IMG/VR virus record: IMGVR_UViG_3300032323_001292
Strand: one strand, 5' to 3'
Source: an uncultured virus (IMG/VR IMGVR_UViG_3300032323_001292)
Taxonomy: Duplodnaviria; Heunggongvirae; Uroviricota; Caudoviricetes
DNA: 64,000 nucleotides
The notes under the pieces were generated by a model. The model was given only the letters and a program-made list of their open reading frames with translations. It made no database searches and had not been told where the DNA came from. Positions 58,315 to 64,000 of this stretch are shown piece by piece. Each line of letters starts with the position of its first letter. The first letter of the stretch is position 1. A program made the position numbers and the translations under genes.

Positions 58315-58545
58315 ATGTTAGAACAAGTATTAAAAGATTTCGTAAGCGCACCAACAGAAGGTTGCGTTGTTAACAGATGGATTAACCAACAAACGCCAGG
58401 CGTACAAGAATTACTAGAACAAGCAAGAACTAAAAAAGATGTAAATTTACACACGTTATTTAAAGTGATGAATAAAGCAGCGGAATTGCCATTCAAAGTA
58501 ACCATATTTAGGATGCATATCGGAGGTCAATGTAAATGTCAGTAA
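58315..58545 (+). CDS. Hypothetical protein (possible Zn-binding DNA-binding)
   Basis: C..., H...QCKC; overlaps the phosphoesterase start. Confidence 0.55.
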   Translation: MLEQVLKDFVSAPTEGCVVNRWINQQTPGVQELLEQARTKKDVNLHTLFKVMNKAAELPFKVTIFRMHIGGQCKCQ

Positions 58546-59546
58546 CAAAAGATTTAGATGATTTATTTTCAGTAATTAAAGCTCAATTAGAATCACCAGT
58601 AGAAGATGGTGTTGATTTAACTCGCGTAACAGCAGCAAAATTATCAAAGCCAGTAAAACAAAAAAATAAAAAAGATGGAGATTGGAAGTTAGCAGTACTT
58701 CTTCCAGATGCTCAAATAGGATTTCGTAAATTTAATGACGGAGAGTTAGACCCGTTTCACGATACAAAAGCTATAGATGTAGCTTTACAAATTACAGCTG
58801 TATTAGAAGAAGAATATGGCGTAGACGATATTATTAATTTAGGTGACACATTAGACTTACCTAATTTTGGTAAATATATGCAAGAAGAATCAATGCAAAA
58901 TTCTGTAAATGAAAGCTTACGCGCAGGTCATGCTTTTTTTGCAGGTCAAAGAGCAGCTTCTCCACACGCAAGAATTGTTTACTTAGAAGGTAACCATGAT
59001 TGCCGTATGGAACGATACTTAAGAGATAAGGCACCAGCAGCAAGAAATGTTCGCAGAGTAAATGATGATGAATTTCCAGTTATTAGCATGCCTCATCTTT
59101 TAGCTTTTGATGAACTAAGAGTTGAATACGCAGGTGGGTATCCAGCAGGTCATATTTATTTAAATGAAAATTTAATAGCCATTCACGGAACTAAAGCTCA
59201 AAGCAATGGTTCTACTGCATATAAATATATAAATGCAAACCCACACGTTACAACACTGTTTGGTCATTCACATAGATTTGAATTGGCTTATAAAACACAT
59301 TCAACAATGAACGGTCCAAAGCAAAACGGTGGGTTTAGTCCAGGATGCCTATGTCGTATAGATGGGGCAGTTCCGTCTTATAAGGGTGGAATCAATATGG
59401 ATGAGAAACCAGTACAACAATGGGAAAATTGGCAACAAGGTATGGGCTTAGTTTGGTATAAAACCACAGGTGAGTTCAGTATTGAACCAGTTCACATCAT
59501 GGATGGTTGGGCTATTTATTCAGGCCAAGAGTTTAGGGCTAAGTAG
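58536..59546 (+). CDS. Calcineurin-like metallophosphoesterase
   Basis: PDAQ, LGDTLD, GNHD, IHG, GHSHR. Confidence 0.88.
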   Translation: MSVTKDLDDLFSVIKAQLESPVEDGVDLTRVTAAKLSKPVKQKNKKDGDWKLAVLLPDAQIGFRKFNDGELDPFHDTKAIDVALQITAVLEEEYGVDDIINLGDTLDLPNFGKYMQEESMQNSVNESLRAGHAFFAGQRAASPHARIVYLEGNHDCRMERYLRDKAPAARNVRRVNDDEFPVISMPHLLAFDELRVEYAGGYPAGHIYLNENLIAIHGTKAQSNGSTAYKYINANPHVTTLFGHSHRFELAYKTHSTMNGPKQNGGFSPGCLCRIDGAVPSYKGGINMDEKPVQQWENWQQGMGLVWYKTTGEFSIEPVHIMDGWAIYSGQEFRAK

Positions 59547-59572
59547 TAATTAAATAGGCATAAACTTGTTTT

Positions 59573-60106
59573 ATGCCTGGTAACCATCAAAATATACAAA
59601 GTCTCGGCGCCTCGGGACTTTCTGGTACATACACTAATTACGGTGGCGGTGGTGTTCCTGTTGCTCGTTCTGAGCTTGATTTTCTACGCATCGGCGTAGG
59701 TCGTGAACCACAAGCAGAGTACCCAGATGGTTACTTAGGCACTATTCGTTCCCGACGCGATGACAGAGGACGTCCTTCAAGTACATCTGATAAAGTTATG
59801 GACTCGCTCAAGAGTCGCGTCGGACAACGCTCGTATCAACGTGGCGTTCATCGTGGTGAAAGAATTGACCCATCAGATTATTATTATCCAGGTGGGTTAG
59901 AAGCAGACCGCGGAATTAAAAGACAAATGAAAGCAGTTAAAGACGGAAACGTTATGCGTGCTAAACGTAACACAGAAGCAACAACTATTGTTCCTACTCC
60001 ACATTTAGTTAATGATGGTAAAGCTAATATTAAGAGCACATCTCCTGCTGAAATTAATCAACGACGTGTAGACCAATTTGCACGTATGAGACCTCAATGG
60101 CAATAA
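59573..60106 (+). CDS. Hypothetical protein
   Basis: 177 aa, Arg/Gly-rich; AEYPDGYLGTI.SRR. Confidence 0.7.
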   Translation: MPGNHQNIQSLGASGLSGTYTNYGGGGVPVARSELDFLRIGVGREPQAEYPDGYLGTIRSRRDDRGRPSSTSDKVMDSLKSRVGQRSYQRGVHRGERIDPSDYYYPGGLEADRGIKRQMKAVKDGNVMRAKRNTEATTIVPTPHLVNDGKANIKSTSPAEINQRRVDQFARMRPQWQ

Positions 60107-60457
60107 GTGGCAGGTAAATATGCAGACGGTGTTTATTCCCGTAAACCTTGGATAACTCCAGAAGAAGCAGCGTTCCCACCTCAAGCTTATATTGGACCTT
60201 TTGCAAGCAATCAAGAACGTTTAATGACACAAGCAATTGCTGTTGGGTCAATGACTAGCGAAGAAGTGCAAGAGTATGTTCGTCCAAACTTACCTCAGAT
60301 TGAACTATTCCCAGATAAGTATGGGTATGTCACAACAGAAGTAGGCATAAAGGATATTGTGGAGTTGACAGGCAGAAGCGTTCAACGTAAAGATTTCTCA
60401 GGCGAACCAACTACTCAAGAATCTACAAGCAGAAACACGTTAGGAAAATCAATCTAA
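60107..60457 (+). CDS. Hypothetical protein
   Basis: 116 aa, abuts previous gene. Confidence 0.65.
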   Translation: MAGKYADGVYSRKPWITPEEAAFPPQAYIGPFASNQERLMTQAIAVGSMTSEEVQEYVRPNLPQIELFPDKYGYVTTEVGIKDIVELTGRSVQRKDFSGEPTTQESTSRNTLGKSI

Positions 60458-60696
60458 TGACCCAAGACCCAGGATTATTCACAGACTCAACTGGTGAAGG
60501 TACGGTTGGTGGAACTGACGTACGCTTCAGCACCCAACAAGAGTTAAAAACCAAATATAATGGTTCTAAGCACTGCAAGGATTGTGGTTATACCCTTGAC
60601 CCATATCAATCATTGCTTAATGAACTTTGCCCTTCCTGTTCAAGGCACAGTAAGGCAAAACTAGTAAAAGGTAGGATGACTAATGACCGTTCGTAA
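60457..60696 (+). CDS. Small zinc-finger protein
   Basis: CKDCG...CPSC. Confidence 0.6.
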   Translation: MTQDPGLFTDSTGEGTVGGTDVRFSTQQELKTKYNGSKHCKDCGYTLDPYQSLLNELCPSCSRHSKAKLVKGRMTNDRS

Positions 60697-60889
60697 AGTA
60701 CGTTCAGAAAACGCAGAATTAAACGAAGGCGCAACAGATGGTAAATACCGTAAGCGCCGTCCAAACACAACTGTAGCCGCAGGCATGGGTGACCAAAAGG
60801 TTGTACAAAACCGTGCAGGCTTACATCCATATATGAATTATGGATTTATCAACTCAGAAGAAGCAGCAAAAGTAAACCCAGGCGCGTAA
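60683..60889 (+). CDS. Hypothetical protein
   Basis: 68 aa. Confidence 0.6.
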   Translation: MTVRKVRSENAELNEGATDGKYRKRRPNTTVAAGMGDQKVVQNRAGLHPYMNYGFINSEEAAKVNPGA

Positions 60890-61045
60890 ATGCCTAAATC
60901 TAATCCTGCTGATAAATCAAAAGTAGAAACTAGAAAGTATAAATCTACAAATAAAGATATTGATACTTTTAAAGATGCTTATCAATCAGGAAAAGTTGTA
61001 GAAATAGGTTCACAAGGTTTATATAGTGTTAAGAAAGGCAAGTAA
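60890..61045 (+). CDS. Small basic protein (51 aa)
   Basis: MPKSNPADKSKVETRKYKST...; fills the gap, stop coupled to next ATG. Confidence 0.5.
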   Translation: MPKSNPADKSKVETRKYKSTNKDIDTFKDAYQSGKVVEIGSQGLYSVKKGK

Positions 61046-61554
61046 TGAAAAAAGTTAAAGTCTTTGCACCAACAGACTCCGTACCTGTTAAAAGTGGTAC
61101 AGGACGTAAGATAGTACGCAAAGCACAATCTGAACTTGCTCAAATTAACTATCGTGAAAATATGGCTAAACAAATGGAACCATATAAAGAACGTAATTTA
61201 ATGGTTCATAAAGTTGAAAAATACAAAGGAGCACCAAGAGGATTTAATCCAGATGCTCCAAAAACAGAAGATTATCCAAAACCAACAAAACGCGTTGGAC
61301 AAGAATTAGAAAAACATTATGGTAAATTTTTAGCTTCAAGTGGTGCAGAAAGAGAATCCGCTAGAGCCGCATATCATAAACAAGCATCTGCAAAAGGTTA
61401 CCCAAGTGGACAGCCTGGTCCATGTGCTGGAGCAGGATGTTCAAACGTTAGTACTTTTAAAGATGAACCAACTTGCCCAACATGCACATCAAATGAAAAG
61501 AAGCTACAAAGCATGAAAGCAGATGTAGCAGGAGCGTCAAGAAGTCGTAGATAA
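61045..61554 (+). CDS. Basic hypothetical protein with Cys cluster
   Basis: 169 aa, C....C...CPTC. Confidence 0.55.
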   Translation: MKKVKVFAPTDSVPVKSGTGRKIVRKAQSELAQINYRENMAKQMEPYKERNLMVHKVEKYKGAPRGFNPDAPKTEDYPKPTKRVGQELEKHYGKFLASSGAERESARAAYHKQASAKGYPSGQPGPCAGAGCSNVSTFKDEPTCPTCTSNEKKLQSMKADVAGASRSRR

Positions 61555-61607
61555 GCAGTATTACCTACATCTGGTAATATAAACCGTACTACTATTAGGA
61601 GCATTAT

Positions 61608-62150
61608 ATGGCAGATATACCTATTCTTGGGGAAACCGCTAAACCCACAGACGAGTCCCAAATAAGATTATTAGTCTGTCGCACCTGTAAAACTATTGAA
61701 GAACTTCCAGATTATGAAGGACGTCCTTCTGACGACTTATTATTAAACATATCTGTAGAAAAACATCAACGCCCTCAACCTCACATAGGTAATTTACTTA
61801 AATTCCCACTTCGTTATTGGGTTGTTCCTAAAATTCGTGAAGAAATTATTAAACAAATTAACGTAGGTTCAACAGGATTAGACGTATTTGGAACTAATTT
61901 TTATGACGTAAAGATGACATTCCACGAAGATGCAATGAAGTGTTACAAAGAGCACAACAGACCACAAGGTCAATGCCCAGACTACAAGTCAGAAAAGAAA
62001 AGACTTAAGCCAGGAACAGATAAAGAGCGCCGTGAATTAGGTTTAGGTAGAGCAGAGGCTAAAGGTCCAAAGGTATACCTTTGCGATTTCTGCCCAGTCA
62101 AATCATTTAACATGCATAAGTTCAATGAATCGAAAGGATTGAATAAATGA
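61608..62150 (+). CDS. Cys-rich hypothetical protein
   Basis: CRTC, C..H.RP..C, YLCDFCP; AGGAG RBS. Confidence 0.7.
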   Translation: MADIPILGETAKPTDESQIRLLVCRTCKTIEELPDYEGRPSDDLLLNISVEKHQRPQPHIGNLLKFPLRYWVVPKIREEIIKQINVGSTGLDVFGTNFYDVKMTFHEDAMKCYKEHNRPQGQCPDYKSEKKRLKPGTDKERRELGLGRAEAKGPKVYLCDFCPVKSFNMHKFNESKGLNK

Positions 62151-62380
62151 GTGAAGGTGGCATGATAGAAGCACAAGAACAGCCAGATGCCGAGACTGCG
62201 TTTATAATTATTAAAGAGCTGGATGGTTCGTTTAGAGCTACAACAGACCTAACATCTGCGTTTTTGGTTGTTAGAGACGCTACAAGAGCTGATATTAGAC
62301 AGGCTTGTAGGGATTTATCAGAAGCAATAGCTCAAGACGAGTTGTCCGAAAGAGTAGTAGCAAGGCTTAAACAAGAATAG
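62147..62380 (+). CDS. Hypothetical protein
   Basis: 77 aa, ATGA overlap. Confidence 0.6.
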   Translation: MSEGGMIEAQEQPDAETAFIIIKELDGSFRATTDLTSAFLVVRDATRADIRQACRDLSEAIAQDELSERVVARLKQE

Positions 62381-62389
62381 AGAGCGCCC

Positions 62390-62590
62390 GTGTTCTTTGA
62401 AATGAACTGTACATGTGAGGCGTCCTTTCACGTCGATGCTGACGGTCATGAAGAAGAATTATGGTTAATGGCTAACCGATTTATAGCCTCACACATCAGC
62501 TGTGGTTATATGGCCCCACTAAAAGTGGATAATCAAGAAAGAACAAAGCCATATAATATTGCGTTTAATAAAGAAGAAAAGGAGTCGTAG
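62390..62590 (+). CDS. Small hypothetical protein
   Basis: CTC...H..CGY. Confidence 0.55.
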   Translation: MFFEMNCTCEASFHVDADGHEEELWLMANRFIASHISCGYMAPLKVDNQERTKPYNIAFNKEEKES

Positions 62591-63519
62591 TGGATTATTA
62601 TCAAGCACTGTTATCCCAGGCTTCATCAGTAAAAGCTGAACCTTCTGAAACCTCCTATTTCAGCACCCCAGAGCCAGGGCTAGACCCTCGTCTATTTAGA
62701 AACAAGAAGTTAATATCATCTGTTAGAGATGCAATATTATCGATTCTTTTTACGCATTTAAACAAAAATTATCAAGATGCCGAGAGCTGGTCTAATGTTT
62801 GGCTAGCTGGTTCAGGGGTATCGTTTAGCTGGGCTGCAGCTAGAGAACCCGCTGATTTAGATTGTCTTATAGGCATTGATTATGTAATATTCCGTAGTTC
62901 TAATCAAAACTACGTTAGATTTAGCGACAGAGAAATAGCTTCTATGCTAAACGAAGGGTTTAGAAATGAGCTGCATCCCTTTACTAACAAGTTTTTAGAT
63001 TCATTTGAATTAACATTTTATGTAAATGTTATTGCTGATATTAAGAAGATTAAACCCTACGCAGCCTATTCATTGACTGCAGATGATTGGACAGTTGACC
63101 CAGTCATAGAGACAGTGAACCCAGACAAGGTATGGATAAATAAAGCACAAAGAGATAAAAGCATGGCTTTAGAAATATTAACAAGATACGAACAAGCCTT
63201 AACTCAAGCAAGTGGTGCTAAATCTGATGCCGCAAGATTAAACGCAGAAGCAACTTTAAGGTTGGCTGTAGACCAAGGTTCTGCTTTGTTTGAAGATATA
63301 CATAAAGGTAGAAACTACGCCTTTAGTCCAGAAGGATTAGGATACGCTGACTACGCTAATTATCGTTGGCAAGTCGGTAAGTCATCTGGAATAGTACAAG
63401 CATTAAAAGCATTAAAAGATATTTCTAGCAAAACACGCAGAGAATTTGAGGCTCAAACCTACGGCGCAGAACTACCTGATGCTAGTCTATTGATACGCAG
63501 GGCTGTTACTCGAAAGTAA
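62590..63519 (+). CDS. Pol-beta-superfamily nucleotidyltransferase-like protein
   Basis: LAGSG.S......ADLDCLI and later ELTFYVN. Confidence 0.7.
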   Translation: MDYYQALLSQASSVKAEPSETSYFSTPEPGLDPRLFRNKKLISSVRDAILSILFTHLNKNYQDAESWSNVWLAGSGVSFSWAAAREPADLDCLIGIDYVIFRSSNQNYVRFSDREIASMLNEGFRNELHPFTNKFLDSFELTFYVNVIADIKKIKPYAAYSLTADDWTVDPVIETVNPDKVWINKAQRDKSMALEILTRYEQALTQASGAKSDAARLNAEATLRLAVDQGSALFEDIHKGRNYAFSPEGLGYADYANYRWQVGKSSGIVQALKALKDISSKTRREFEAQTYGAELPDASLLIRRAVTRK

Positions 63520-63540
63520 CAGATATAAATACGGAGCACA

Positions 63541-64000
63541 ATGGCGATACTAATAACCTTAGACGATGTTTTACGCATCAAGAAAAAACCTATAGTTTCT
63601 GGTGTTGCCCTTTACCGTTGTTTGAATGAATTTCATAGAGTATTTATTTTATGTGAAGATAAAGCTGAAGCCGAGAACTGGCTAGTCAGTAATAAAATAA
63701 GCAAAGTTGATAATCTAATCGATAAAGAGTATGTTCAAAAAGAATATGGAAGAAGCCTTTTAAAGCGACAGGTAGATTACGCCAGGTCACAGGGTAAAGT
63801 TGATTTTGTAGTTACTTCAGACACTGAGTTAGCAAAAGATTTATTAGAAGAAGGCATTGAAACTTTACTGTTTCTACACCCACAGTACATACGACCTGAA
63901 TTTAGACCAGATATGGCACAAGGCGTAAGACGTTGGGCTGATATACAAGCAGAAATTGATAAACAAAACGAAATGTACTTTGAAGACAAACGGGTTAAAT
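63541..64000 (+). CDS. HAD-like protein (truncated by window end)
   Basis: GGAG RBS; MAILITLDDVLR degenerate HAD motif I; open to end of window. Confidence 0.55.
   Translation, partial: MAILITLDDVLRIKKKPIVSGVALYRCLNEFHRVFILCEDKAEAENWLVSNKISKVDNLIDKEYVQKEYGRSLLKRQVDYARSQGKVDFVVTSDTELAKDLLEEGIETLLFLHPQYIRPEFRPDMAQGVRRWADIQAEIDKQNEMYFEDKRVK

Noticed and set aside
61559..61579. Inverted repeat TATTACC-N7-GGTAATA as an operator
   Set aside because: Short, AT-rich and seen only once; could be chance
1..64000. Stop-codon reassignment
   Set aside because: Genes are full length in the standard code, and TAA, TAG and TGA all terminate tightly packed genes
1..64000. Prophage or mobile-element boundaries
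   Set aside because: No integrase, transposase, att-like duplication or host housekeeping region seen in this window

Overview
This window is a 64 kb segment of an AT-rich, contractile-tailed (myovirus-type) dsDNA phage genome. Nearly all credible genes are on the + strand and tightly packed, with many TAATG/ATGA overlaps. Gene order: two tRNAs (Thr-UGU, Asn-GUU), terminase large subunit, portal, scaffold, major capsid, then an ~18 kb block of fibre/decoration genes (four Gly-X-Gln collagen-like proteins, glycine-rich proteins, a beta-helix tailspike domain, a 1372-aa Thr-rich protein, and a propeller/TPR/FkbM cassette). Next come six tiny Lys-rich genes, the sheath-tube-tape measure-baseplate module, and a replication/recombination module (HTH initiator, DnaC-like loader, DnaB, primase, SNF2, SSB, PolA, RecA, resolvases, Cas4-like nuclease). 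The window ends with WhiB, SpoVS, a metallophosphoesterase, a nucleotidyltransferase and a truncated HAD-like gene. WhiB plus several apparently leaderless genes point to an actinobacterial host, and the low GC suggests a low-GC (e.g. freshwater) lineage; both are inferences. The most notable observations are a modular collagen-fibre system with shared docking-like modules, a likely +1 frameshift (TTT CGC) in the tail chaperone, an iteron-like origin inside the initiator gene, a Lys-rich microprotein operon, apparent absence of GATC, and several hairpins with anti-Shine-Dalgarno-like loops. All calls come from reading motifs and context by eye; no database searches were run.
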